Made by a program: the position numbers and the translations under genes
Notes under the pieces: generated by a model
The model's input: the letters and a program-made list of their open reading frames with translations, nothing else
What the model was told of the DNA's origin: nothing
Databases searched by the model: none
Source of the DNA: Coprothermobacterota bacterium
GTDB lineage: Bacteria; Coprothermobacterota; HKB111
NCBI GenBank assembly: GCA_037440465.1
Contig: JBBIUB010000010.1
Coordinates: 1,919-41,972 of the forward strand
Direction of reading: 5' to 3'
Length of the DNA: 40,054 nt
Part shown: in pieces, positions 8,344 to 17,892 of the stretch
Layout of the letters: every line of letters starts with the position of its first letter
How positions within the stretch are numbered: position 1 is the first letter of the stretch

Positions 8344-11300
8344 TTACTTAATTACTATTCCCTTACTTAAGGTTTCACCCTTCATATCAGGCTTGTAGTA
8401 GGAATAAGCTTTTGATACCACACCCAGTGCTTTTACAGGAAATAGTGCCTTGACCTTAAAAGATAGGCTTAGTGAATCACCTTGTTTAAGCTCAGCGAGG
8501 TAAAAAATAACCTTTCTTCCAGCAACTTCATAGCGTTTAATCCGCTTTTCAGATTTCAATAAGTCTTCAATACTATCTCTTACAGGAGCAAATCCTGTGG
8601 GAACTGAGATATCCAGAACGCTCATTTCAGCTACCATAGGCACTGGTGGGTTGAAGGCAACATCAACCTTCACTCCAACCGTGTCGTTCACTGCTACTAC
8701 TGTGGTGTCATAAGATACATTGATATTGAAAATCTTTTGATCTTCAATGGCTTGGGGCACATTAAATCTTTTTACCAGCTGAACCATGGCCTTGCCATTT
8801 CCAATAGCCTTGATCTTTATTTCCTTACCGATTGGCACATCTACAATTTGAAGTACATCAGAATTCCTATTGTCAATGGTCAATGTTTTTCTGAAATTAC
8901 TGGCTTCTATATCTATCTTAAGATTTACATCTGTTTTGACCTTTATAGCTAAGGTTGTGAGGGCTTGAAGAGTGACAACTGTATCCTGAGTTGAGCCATA
9001 TCCACCGAGCGAGTTTCTCTGAGAAGTTAAATAACCAGCAGCCCTTGATGCGTTCACCAAATCTCCTCTTTCTGCCAGTGCTAGGAGAGCATAGGCTGTA
9101 TTTTCAATTCTCAGCGTAGCGCCTAAATCAATTCCTTCTTGTCCTGTTGATGGAAGTTTAGATACTTCTTCCCCCCAGTAGATACCATTTTCATCTTCTT
9201 TAACCAACTTCATCAACTTGTTATATGCTTCGTCTTTCATAGGTGATTTAGCCAGTTCAAGAATGTAGGAGACCTGCGCTAAGGTGTAAGAATCTTTAAT
9301 TTCAGAAAGTCTTCCCTCCAGGTATTTTACAGCTCTAATAGCGTTGTCTTTCAGGAACCCACTCTCCAGCAGGCTTGTTGCTACATAAGCAGTTAGGGCT
9401 TCTTTTCCTTCCACACCACCCATCATTTCTTTGTGGTGGACAAATCCTATCATTTTGAAGGAACCATCAGCTTCCTGTTTGGCACCTATCCAATCAGCAG
9501 CTTCTTTGAGAACACCTTCGTCAATATAGATAAGGTCTTTAGCCTGAGCGAAGGTCTTGAGAACAAAGGCAGTAAGCCATAAACTTCCTTCAGAGTCGGT
9601 TTCTCCAAAAGCAGAAAAACTACCATCACTCCTTCTGTAAGTCAACTGCCGCTGATAACCGGTAAGCATAAGTTTTTCAGCCTTAGCCATAATTTCCGCC
9701 TTGAGCTCACCGGACTCTTTAAGGTACTTGGTAATGAAAATATTGGGAGCTAATAGAATCATATTTTGCTCACCACAACCAAAAGGCATCTGTAGAAGTC
9801 CTTCCAGACCTTGAATGGTTTGCCCCAGGTAGTTGGAAGTTATGGCTAAATACACTCTATCGGAGTCCTTAACAATACCAGCAGGAAGTAGTGAGCTTAG
9901 AATTTTATCTTTGCCACCATCTAAAATGAAGTTTATTACTTCTTCTCGTTTTACTCCTTCTGGTTCTATGAGAATCTTCTGGATTACTACATCCGCCATT
10001 TCTCGGGTTTTAGCAGTAACCTTAAAATCATTGAAGCCAACAAGTTTAGGTCTTATTTTGAAGGTAGCTGAGCCAAGAGCTTGAGCACTAATTTTCAAGG
10101 TTTTTGCCTTATTATCCAGCAGGTCAAACCAACCCTTTTCTTCCAGTTCTACCAGTACTTCCTGAGGGTTATTAAGGTAGTTATATACAGCAACCTTGAG
10201 TGTGAACTCCTCTCCTCTAATGGCTGAATAGGGCATATCTAAGGTGATAAAGAAGGGTTGGAATACAACCAGTTCATCTTCTGCCACACCTAATCCTGCC
10301 GTCTTAGAGATTCCCACAGCAGATAGTTTCCAAGTAGTGATAGAATCAGGAGCAACCACTTTTAAGTATCCTTTTCCATCAGCAGAGGTAACTAAATGTT
10401 CAAAGAGCCAGGTTTCAGGAAAGAACTGTCTTATCCTTGTGGGCTCTACAAATGACCCAGTAGCTTGTGGCGGTTGAGGTGATATATTGGCATCTAAGGC
10501 TGTCTTCTCTGGCTGCCTAACAAGTTCTTCGCCTAGTCCAAAGAATAATCCATTCCTACCTTTCAATTCATATTTTTTACCTACCGGGACCTTTTTATTA
10601 GTCAGCATTATTACTCCGGTATCTTTAAAGGTATCTAATGCACTTTTAGTTTTGACTTCAGGAGTGAACCAGCCTTCGTGAAGTTCTATCTGTGGCACCA
10701 TATACAGCCTTTCCAGCTCATCAAAGACCTGCTTAAGGTTTAATTTCTTTTCAGCCAGTATGTAAACGGACTTATCAACTACTGTTAAACCTACCTTGGA
10801 CTGTCCCTGGGTAGTAATATTTATACCTACTTCAGCACCAGGACCAACTTCACCCTCACTGAAGTTCACGCTCATCTGGTGAGAAAAATCAGCTGTAACC
10901 TTAAAGGGTATCTCATCAGCAGCTACTTCAGCATTGGGCAGTATTTGCCAGATTAGAAGTTTAGCCTGGGGAGCCATGAGATGGGTAGTTTTGATGACAA
11001 TCTCCTTTGACTTGGTGAAGCTGGAATAAAGGATTCTTCCACGCCCAACCACTTCATAGTAGAAATTGGACGCTTCTTTGGTGGAGTAAATCATAAATTT
11101 GATTTCTTCTCCTACCCTGGGTACCCCATCACTTACCTGTTCAACCTTGATGAAATTACCACTGGGAGAATAATAGGAAGTTATGTTTTTATAGGCATAG
11201 GCTTCACCACTCTGAGCGTTAATTTGCATAGAAACACTTTCGGGTGGGGAAAGTTTCACCCATTCCTTACCTTTTTTGGTCTCAATGACCTTTTCTTCCT

Positions 11301-12456
11301 GTTTAACTGATTCAAATTTCTCATTAATGTAATTGATATTTAGATTAACTTTTGCTTCAATAGGTTTTCCATCAGGAGATTCGGTTACCACCAGTAAGTT
11401 AAAAGGAAGACCACTTTTGTAGGTTGAACTCTCAGGGATGAGAACTATGTTAAGCGGGGTTGCAGCCACTGTTATAAGTTTACTGGTTTTCTCTTCATAA
11501 TTAGTCTCCGACTCAATTACTTTAATATCTAAAAGGAGGTTCCCCATTCCTTTTACTTCGGGTACACCTGCCACATAACCCACAGGAGGAAGCTCAAACT
11601 CAACATTACCACTTATATCTTTGACAAGAGTTGTATAAACTTCCCATACACCCACATATCGTTGGGCTTCAATGACCAGGCTTCCTTTGACTGGTTTTCC
11701 GAAGCTGTAAGTGGCGATGACCTTGCCTTTTATTGGTTCATTTACCATGAACCAATCCTTGATGAATTCCACTTTTACTTCGTATTTGGGTAAAACATAC
11801 TCTTCCACACGGAAATCAAACTGGGTCTTCAGATTATCTGAGCTGGCGTTTGCTTTGAATACGCCAAGGTTGGGTTCGGAAGATAATGGAAGGGTGATTG
11901 TACCAAAACCAAAGTCATCAGTGGTAATTGTTTTCTTAAAAATCTTTATTCCCTTACCATCCTGAATCTCAAGAGTTATCTCTTTGGTTACGGGTTTTAG
12001 GGAAGTATTGAGAGTGAGGATTCTGAAATGAACATCCTGACCTGGTTTGTAAATAGGCTTATCTGTTTCCAGAAGAATAAGGAAGTTTTCTTTTACTTCT
12101 ACCGGAGCTTTATCCAAAAAATCCCTTCCTTCAATCTTTATCTCATAAGTACCAGGCGGAACATCGGGAATATCAATGTTTATCTCGCCTCTACCCTCCA
12201 CAACCTCTGCCTTTTCTGTTAGAAGTTTACCTTTATCCCATAAAGATACTTTCACTGTATCCCGCACAAAACCTTTACTGTTAATTAAGAGTACCGGGAG
12301 GGAAACTTCTTCGCCTCGTGGAAGGATGCTGGGTATGGTAACAGCATAGGTTACTCCTCCCAGGGGTCCCCCAGGAATAAGATATAGGGACCAACCAAGA
12401 AAAAGGGCTACCACAAGGCTTATTAGCAGCCATTTTTTGTTTTTTAACTTTAACAT
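8344..12456 (-). CDS. Alpha-2-macroglobulin/CD109-like thioester-containing protein
   Basis: ETDKPIYKPGQ, FRVEEYVLPKYEV, IRQFFPETW, PDSITTW, FQPFFITLDMPYS, MPFGCGEQNM thioester, YRRSDGSFSAFG, STQDTVV, C-terminal receptor-binding domain. ATG12456 has an AGGAGG RBS; N-terminal TM anchor. Confidence 0.93.
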   Translation of the reverse strand: MLKLKNKKWLLISLVVALFLGWSLYLIPGGPLGGVTYAVTIPSILPRGEEVSLPVLLINSKGFVRDTVKVSLWDKGKLLTEKAEVVEGRGEINIDIPDVPPGTYEIKIEGRDFLDKAPVEVKENFLILLETDKPIYKPGQDVHFRILTLNTSLKPVTKEITLEIQDGKGIKIFKKTITTDDFGFGTITLPLSSEPNLGVFKANASSDNLKTQFDFRVEEYVLPKYEVKVEFIKDWFMVNEPIKGKVIATYSFGKPVKGSLVIEAQRYVGVWEVYTTLVKDISGNVEFELPPVGYVAGVPEVKGMGNLLLDIKVIESETNYEEKTSKLITVAATPLNIVLIPESSTYKSGLPFNLLVVTESPDGKPIEAKVNLNINYINEKFESVKQEEKVIETKKGKEWVKLSPPESVSMQINAQSGEAYAYKNITSYYSPSGNFIKVEQVSDGVPRVGEEIKFMIYSTKEASNFYYEVVGRGRILYSSFTKSKEIVIKTTHLMAPQAKLLIWQILPNAEVAADEIPFKVTADFSHQMSVNFSEGEVGPGAEVGINITTQGQSKVGLTVVDKSVYILAEKKLNLKQVFDELERLYMVPQIELHEGWFTPEVKTKSALDTFKDTGVIMLTNKKVPVGKKYELKGRNGLFFGLGEELVRQPEKTALDANISPQPPQATGSFVEPTRIRQFFPETWLFEHLVTSADGKGYLKVVAPDSITTWKLSAVGISKTAGLGVAEDELVVFQPFFITLDMPYSAIRGEEFTLKVAVYNYLNNPQEVLVELEEKGWFDLLDNKAKTLKISAQALGSATFKIRPKLVGFNDFKVTAKTREMADVVIQKILIEPEGVKREEVINFILDGGKDKILSSLLPAGIVKDSDRVYLAITSNYLGQTIQGLEGLLQMPFGCGEQNMILLAPNIFITKYLKESGELKAEIMAKAEKLMLTGYQRQLTYRRSDGSFSAFGETDSEGSLWLTAFVLKTFAQAKDLIYIDEGVLKEAADWIGAKQEADGSFKMIGFVHHKEMMGGVEGKEALTAYVATSLLESGFLKDNAIRAVKYLEGRLSEIKDSYTLAQVSYILELAKSPMKDEAYNKLMKLVKEDENGIYWGEEVSKLPSTGQEGIDLGATLRIENTAYALLALAERGDLVNASRAAGYLTSQRNSLGGYGSTQDTVVTLQALTTLAIKVKTDVNLKIDIEASNFRKTLTIDNRNSDVLQIVDVPIGKEIKIKAIGNGKAMVQLVKRFNVPQAIEDQKIFNINVSYDTTVVAVNDTVGVKVDVAFNPPVPMVAEMSVLDISVPTGFAPVRDSIEDLLKSEKRIKRYEVAGRKVIFYLAELKQGDSLSLSFKVKALFPVKALGVVSKAYSYYKPDMKGETLSKGIVIK

Positions 12457-12540
12457 AAGATTCTTTTCCTCCTTTCTTAATATCAAATTATTGGCAGGAA
12501 TAGGATAATCATTTATCCTGCCTTTGATAGGTTACACTCT

Positions 12541-12569
12541 TTAGACGCTTCTTAGAGTATTATAGTTCC
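12541..12569 (-). promoter_or_regulatory. ECF sigma factor-type promoter upstream of the thioester protein
   Basis: Minus strand GGAACT-16 nt-CGTCTAA, matching the AAC/CGT ECF consensus. Confidence 0.6.
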
Positions 12570-12714
12570 ATTGGCAATTACACAATAGGTGCGGGGTCGC
12601 AATGACAAAGGGTGAATTTTCGATATTATGGGATAGCCTACAGCCTCTAATTTAGTAATATATTAGGGGAAAAACCGATATAATGATAAAATACTACTAA
12701 ATAAGGAGGAGAAT

Positions 12715-13758
12715 ATGAAAAAGGCTTTATCATTATTTTTCGTAATTAGTTTATTTATTTTTGGTTGTACTTCAGCCAAGTTGGAATATCAGAAAGCTTG
12801 GGAATACAAACTTGATAGCCCTGCTTATGCCTTAGCTATGTCTAATGATGGGAAATATATAGCAGTTGGTGTAGAAGGCATGAAAGGTGGAGTAATACTT
12901 TTAAATGAATTTGGTAAAATGGTCTGGGAGAATGTTGTTGATACTTCTGTTCACAGTATCGCAGTAGATTCAGTAGGTAGATATTTTGCTGTTGGTGATG
13001 AAATGGGCAGGCTTCATCTTTTTGGTAGAAACGGAAATGTGGTATGGGAACAAAAAATGCAAAATGCCATATCTCTGGTAGTTATATCCAAAGATGGTAA
13101 GTATATCGCGGCTGGAGAAAGAGAAGGGATAGGCAACGCAACTGTACATCTTTTTTCTATTGACGGAAATGAATTATGGAGACAAGAAGTCAGGGCCAGA
13201 ACTGAGAGTTTAACAGTAAATAATAAAGGTGAGGTTATATATGGAGGGTGGGGTTCCGTCCACCTAATTGATAAAGATGGAAAAGAACTCTGGTCGCGCG
13301 AGGTAAAAGGGGCTGTTAGAAGTCTAACTTTCAGTCCTGATGATAACTACCTACTTGTTGGAATGGATGCTGGAAAGGTTTTACTGGTTAGTAAGAGTGA
13401 TGGAAAGGAGAGAGAAATAGAATTTCCTACTTGGTCTTCCATCAATGCTGTATACATGTTAGTAAATGGTTTTAATATTATTGCAGGCGTAGAAGAAGGT
13501 TTTATTTATATGACAGACATGTCTGGCCAAACCATCTGGCGCTACGATACAAAATCAACCATCCTTACTTTAAATATGACACCTGATGGAAGCCAGATTG
13601 TAGCAGGTACTGTTAATGGCTTAGAATTTACAAATAATAAAGGAAGAAGAAAAGGAGAAATTCTGATTGAAGGTGGCGTAAATAAAACAGTTTTTAGTCA
13701 GGATGGAAGTTTACTTGTAGCGATCTCGGGTTCAAGAGTGTATTTATTTAAAAAATGA
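12715..13758 (+). CDS. WD40/PQQ-like beta-propeller lipoprotein
   Basis: Lipobox FIFGC; repeated S.DG.YIAVG...V.L....G..VW blades. Confidence 0.8.
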   Translation: MKKALSLFFVISLFIFGCTSAKLEYQKAWEYKLDSPAYALAMSNDGKYIAVGVEGMKGGVILLNEFGKMVWENVVDTSVHSIAVDSVGRYFAVGDEMGRLHLFGRNGNVVWEQKMQNAISLVVISKDGKYIAAGEREGIGNATVHLFSIDGNELWRQEVRARTESLTVNNKGEVIYGGWGSVHLIDKDGKELWSREVKGAVRSLTFSPDDNYLLVGMDAGKVLLVSKSDGKEREIEFPTWSSINAVYMLVNGFNIIAGVEEGFIYMTDMSGQTIWRYDTKSTILTLNMTPDGSQIVAGTVNGLEFTNNKGRRKGEILIEGGVNKTVFSQDGSLLVAISGSRVYLFKK

Positions 13759-15353
13759 AAAAGGTACTAACCTCTCTCTGGATTTTTGCTTTTATTACCT
13801 TAAGTCTGCTTCCCTATGGTTGTCGTAGACCGGTAACTTTTATTCTAAACGGTCAAGTAATAGCTGAAGATGGGACACCATTAGGAGGTTCTAAAGTTAT
13901 CCTTGTTGATAGAGACCTGGAGACAGAAACCGATGAAAGGGGTAAATTTACCTTTACCTCTCTAAAACCAGGCAGGATTAAGCTGCGGGTAGAAAAAGAA
14001 GGCTTTCATCCAGGAGAGGAAGAGTTTAATGCAACTGGTGGAAACAAGGTGCATCTTCTTATTCTACTTATACCTATTGGTAGGGAAGAAGCTATATTAA
14101 GAGTTAAAGTGAGGGATGAACAGACCAAAGCTCCCCTTAAAGGAGCAGTTGTTACGGTAGGAGAGACGGTATGGTATACAGATGAAGGTGGTTTAGCCAG
14201 TATTCCCATTAATGCAGGGTTACACTCGGTAGAAGTGAAAGCTGGGGGGTATAAACCCTATAGGCTTCCGGGAGTAGAAATATTCCTGGGCAAAGTAACT
14301 AATCTTGAAGTAGATTTGACTAAAGAAGAACCTGTACCTGGTACCGTTGGTAAGTTGGAGATTAAAATATTTGATGCTACCACAGGCAGACCAGTAGCAG
14401 GAGCATCTATCCAGGTAGGCGAGAAAATCGGTCAGACTAATAAAGAAGGATATCTTCTCTTAGAAGAGCTTCCAGCTCAGAGTTTGGAAGTCGTGATTAC
14501 CGCTCCTAACTACCTATTGTTTAGGGAAGTAGTGTCTATAAAAGCTGATGAGACACTTCTTTTAGAAGTCAGGTTATTTGGTGGATTGGCTAACCGAGGT
14601 GGTGTAGCAGGGATTGTCAGGGACAAAACAACAAATATACCTCTCAAAGGTGTTGCAGTGGAAATTAAAAGTACAAGGCTTTTGACCGGTGATGATGGTA
14701 GATTTGTTTTTACAAACCTGGAACCCGGAAAAATTACCCTCTCCTTCAACCTTAAGAGTTATACGCCAACTATGAGAGAAATAACTGTAGAAGCCAACAG
14801 AATCCTTCAGCTCGAGGTTCACCTGGAGAGGGTGCCTTTGGAAGTGACCATATCGGGAAGAGTGATTGATCTAAGAGGTCAGCCAGTAGTGAGGGCGAGA
14901 TTAACATCAGGGTCAATCCAAACTTTGAGTGATGAGGAAGGCAAATTCAGGCTTATAGTTAAAGAAGATGAAAAGTATTTAAGAATTGAAAAGGACGGGT
15001 ATTACACAGAAATTAGAACTCTTCCTTCAGTAACAGATGTTGGGCAGGCTTTTATAGATATAATTCTAATAAAGGTGGTGCCTGATGGCGTTTATAAAGG
15101 TAATGCTTCTTCTTCTCAAGGGAGTGTAGAATTGGAAGTTACCGTAAAAGAAAACAGACTTAGTGGAATTCGTCCAATGTCTTATGAAGGTAATGCCATA
15201 TTTATGGATTCTTTCAATGACAAACTAATGGAGGTAGCGAACGAGATTCTAAGACTCCCACCTCAAGAGTTTTTTAGAAGATATTCACCCTACGGAGAAG
15301 ATGTCAGGCAAGTGCTACTTTCAGCCATAAGGTCAGCGCTGATAATACCGTAA
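13755..15353 (+). CDS. Lipoprotein with about five carboxypeptidase-regulatory-like (prealbumin-fold) repeats and a C-terminal degenerate FMN-binding-like domain
   Basis: Lipobox LPYGC; repeats of G.V.D..T..PL.GA.V...TD..G.F....L.PG; C-terminal DGVYKG...VELEVTVK; ATGA-type overlap with upstream gene. Confidence 0.75.
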   Translation: MKKVLTSLWIFAFITLSLLPYGCRRPVTFILNGQVIAEDGTPLGGSKVILVDRDLETETDERGKFTFTSLKPGRIKLRVEKEGFHPGEEEFNATGGNKVHLLILLIPIGREEAILRVKVRDEQTKAPLKGAVVTVGETVWYTDEGGLASIPINAGLHSVEVKAGGYKPYRLPGVEIFLGKVTNLEVDLTKEEPVPGTVGKLEIKIFDATTGRPVAGASIQVGEKIGQTNKEGYLLLEELPAQSLEVVITAPNYLLFREVVSIKADETLLLEVRLFGGLANRGGVAGIVRDKTTNIPLKGVAVEIKSTRLLTGDDGRFVFTNLEPGKITLSFNLKSYTPTMREITVEANRILQLEVHLERVPLEVTISGRVIDLRGQPVVRARLTSGSIQTLSDEEGKFRLIVKEDEKYLRIEKDGYYTEIRTLPSVTDVGQAFIDIILIKVVPDGVYKGNASSSQGSVELEVTVKENRLSGIRPMSYEGNAIFMDSFNDKLMEVANEILRLPPQEFFRRYSPYGEDVRQVLLSAIRSALIIP

Positions 15354-15414
15354 GTAAATCAGAAGTCAAAATCCAAGATTAAGAAAGAATCTCCCACTTT
15401 CCTAAAGTTTCATT

Positions 15415-15483
15415 TCACCCCCCTGACCCTTTTACGCACCTTTTTATCCCCTCCTGGATGGGAGGGGACTAAGGGGAGGGTGA
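15415..15483. repeat. REP-like GC-rich palindrome (CCCTCC/GGAGGG family); probable terminator between convergent genes
   Basis: TCACCCCCCT...AGGGGAGGGTGA outer arms, inner TCCCCTCC-N6-GGAGGGGA; related copies near 17128-17176, 19973-20007 and 33912-33950. Confidence 0.6.
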
Positions 15484-15493
15484 TTATTTATTC

Positions 15494-15883
15494 TTAGGTT
15501 TCCACTGCGATTACCTCTATCTCTATCATTGCACCCCTGGGTAATCCTTTGACTTCTATGGTTGTTCTGGCGGGATAATCAGAATCAAAATATTCCTTAT
15601 AAACTTCATTAAAAGAAGCAAAATTACCCAGGTCTGTAAGAAAAACTGTTGTCTTCACAACATTATTGAAGCCCATCCCAGCTTCTTCCAGAAGCCCTTT
15701 AATATTTAGCATTACTCTTCTTGTTTGTTCTTGAATTCCCCCTCCCACCATCTCGCCACTTTGAGGGTCCAGTGGAATTTGACCTGCAAGAATAAGCATC
15801 TTCTTTATCCCTTTCACCATAATGCCCGGTGAATATGGCCCTATAGCTTTAGGGGCATTTTTACTTTCAATAATCTTTTTCAT
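15494..15883 (-). CDS. ridA: RidA/YjgF enamine deaminase
   Basis: APKAIGPYS, GQIPLDP, VVKTTVFL, PART, LPRGAMIEIE. Confidence 0.93.
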   Translation of the reverse strand: MKKIIESKNAPKAIGPYSPGIMVKGIKKMLILAGQIPLDPQSGEMVGGGIQEQTRRVMLNIKGLLEEAGMGFNNVVKTTVFLTDLGNFASFNEVYKEYFDSDYPARTTIEVKGLPRGAMIEIEVIAVET

Positions 15884-15938
15884 TTTTTAGTACACCTCCT
15901 AGAAAAAATGTCTAAATTGTATTATTAACCGAAAAGAC

Positions 15939-17084
15939 TTACTTTTCCTTAACAAAGAAGAGTAGTGTGATAGCCAGTACTGTTAATCCAAGGGACAGGC
16001 AAAAAGGAGTATATATGCTAATCCTATCCCATAGAAGTCCTGCTAAGAGGGAAGCAGGTAAGGCACAGAGGCCAATTACCATCTGAAAACCACCCAGGCT
16101 GCTGGCTCTGTAGTTGGCTGGCGACAACTCAGATACCAGCGTCTTTTGAACAGGGTCTAAAGCCCCCTTGTGAAGTCCATAAAGAATAAAACCTCCGACG
16201 ATAGTGAGGTAGCTGGGGAAAAAGATGAAGCTTAAGCACAACAACCCCCATAAGGCGAAAGATATAATCAATACTCTTTTCCTGCCTATCCTGTCAGCAA
16301 GCTTTCCAAAAGGTAGAGAGAAAAGTGCGGATATTACTGTAAAAACAAGATATAGAACAGGGACAAATGTCACCTTAAAACCAAACTCTTTAGCGTAGAT
16401 AAGAAGGAAGGAGTAGCTGAATGAACCCAGGGCAAAGAGAGCACTTAAAAATAGAAACAGTCTGAAGTTTTTGTCTAAGCCTTTGAAAGAAAGTCCTTTG
16501 AAGATTTTACTTTCTACTGACTTTTTCTCCTTTATAAGAGAAAGGATGAGAACCGCTCCAATGGCTGAAGGTATGGCGGCTAATATAATGAGATTTCTAA
16601 ATCCAATTAGATTAATAAAGATGATACATATCAAGATACCGCACACCGCACCCAGGTGGTCAGCAGCTCTTAGAAGTCCGAAGTTTCTTCCCCTGTTTTC
16701 TCGAGTGGAAAGGTCAGCCACAACAGCGTCCCGGGGAGCACTCCTTATCTTACCAGCCCTATCCAGGATTCTGAAAGGAATAAGTAGCTGCCAGGAAGGT
16801 GAAATGGCGTATCCTAATCTTGAAAGAGAAGCAAGTAAATAACCTATCCATATAAAGATTTTTCTCTTCCTTATTCTGTCTGAGACGTAACCAGAAATTG
16901 CCTGGGAGACTGAAACAACAGCGTCACCCAGCCCATCTATGAAACCCAGGACAGCCATGTTGGCACCCAGCACGGAGGTGAGAAAGAGAGGCCAGATAGG
17001 GTAGATGATGTCAGAACCCATATCATTAAGAAATGAAGCTAAAGCAAAGGTATTTATAGTTTTTTTACTTTCTTTTTCATCCAT
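15939..17084 (-). CDS. MFS transporter
   Basis: ASFLNDMGSD, GYVSDRIRKRK, DRAGKIRSAPRDA, GKLADRIGRK; multi-TM. Confidence 0.9.
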   Translation of the reverse strand: MDEKESKKTINTFALASFLNDMGSDIIYPIWPLFLTSVLGANMAVLGFIDGLGDAVVSVSQAISGYVSDRIRKRKIFIWIGYLLASLSRLGYAISPSWQLLIPFRILDRAGKIRSAPRDAVVADLSTRENRGRNFGLLRAADHLGAVCGILICIIFINLIGFRNLIILAAIPSAIGAVLILSLIKEKKSVESKIFKGLSFKGLDKNFRLFLFLSALFALGSFSYSFLLIYAKEFGFKVTFVPVLYLVFTVISALFSLPFGKLADRIGRKRVLIISFALWGLLCLSFIFFPSYLTIVGGFILYGLHKGALDPVQKTLVSELSPANYRASSLGGFQMVIGLCALPASLLAGLLWDRISIYTPFCLSLGLTVLAITLLFFVKEK

Positions 17085-17181
17085 TAGTTAATCACCTTTT
17101 AATTTGTTTATTAGACAATCTCTTTCATCTCCCCCACCTCGTATCAAGTACGGGGTAGGCTCTACCCTCCCCCGAGACTAA

Positions 17182-17676
17182 TTACTTGCCTCCTCTAACT
17201 AACATTTGAGCAATTAATCCAGCAATAGGTGGGAAGAAGAAGGTCGAGGCCAAGCGGATGAGGACAAATCTCCAGCCCATGATGCCTACCTCCATGGGAA
17301 GACGGCTGAAAGCCCATAGGGACCATCCCGTAAGAAAAGCCACGGTAGTACCTATGCTAGCGCCAGATTTAAGAAGGGTAGCTGCTACCGGAAGGTTGAC
17401 ATAAGGTCCTCCAGGAGCTAAACCACCAGCGATTGTCCCGACAATTATTCCCCTTAATCCTGACTCAGTGCCTACCCACTTAGAGAGCACCTCTTTAGGT
17501 ATCAGGATTTGTACCATCCCCGCCACTGTAAAAGCCAGAAACAGAAGAGGTAAGACATCTATCAGCATCTTCAGAGCTGTATTAAAGCCTATAATATGCT
17601 GTCCTTCTCCTTTAAGATAACCAACAGTAAGAAGAATTACCGCCAGAACACCCATAATTATGGTCGGAATTAACAT
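17182..17676 (-). CDS. Permease (DUF318/ArsP-like small membrane protein)
   Basis: IPKEVLSKWVG, GGLAPGGPY, RLPME motifs; ATG17676 has GGAGG RBS. Confidence 0.75.
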   Translation of the reverse strand: MLIPTIIMGVLAVILLTVGYLKGEGQHIIGFNTALKMLIDVLPLLFLAFTVAGMVQILIPKEVLSKWVGTESGLRGIIVGTIAGGLAPGGPYVNLPVAATLLKSGASIGTTVAFLTGWSLWAFSRLPMEVGIMGWRFVLIRLASTFFFPPIAGLIAQMLVRGGK

Positions 17677-17892
17677 CGCTGAATTCCTCCTTTTATTCAC
17701 TACTTCTCCCTTTCCTTGCAATACATTAACATCAATTTCTGTGTTACCTCTACCTGATGGGTTGTTATTGTCAGAGGCATCCCTCTTTCAACCCGCACCT
17801 TCAGACACTCTTTTATTGCTTTCTTTATGTTCTAAATAAATTATAATGGTAGCCCGATATATTTGCAAATACCAGGATTGTAGAGAGCGCTA

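Noticed and set aside
17690..17820. Possible riboswitch in the permease leader
   Set aside because: Some pairing (CCTCTGA/TCAG..AGAGG), but I could not match lysine, cobalamin, yybP or NiCo consensus; an Rfam cmscan would decide.
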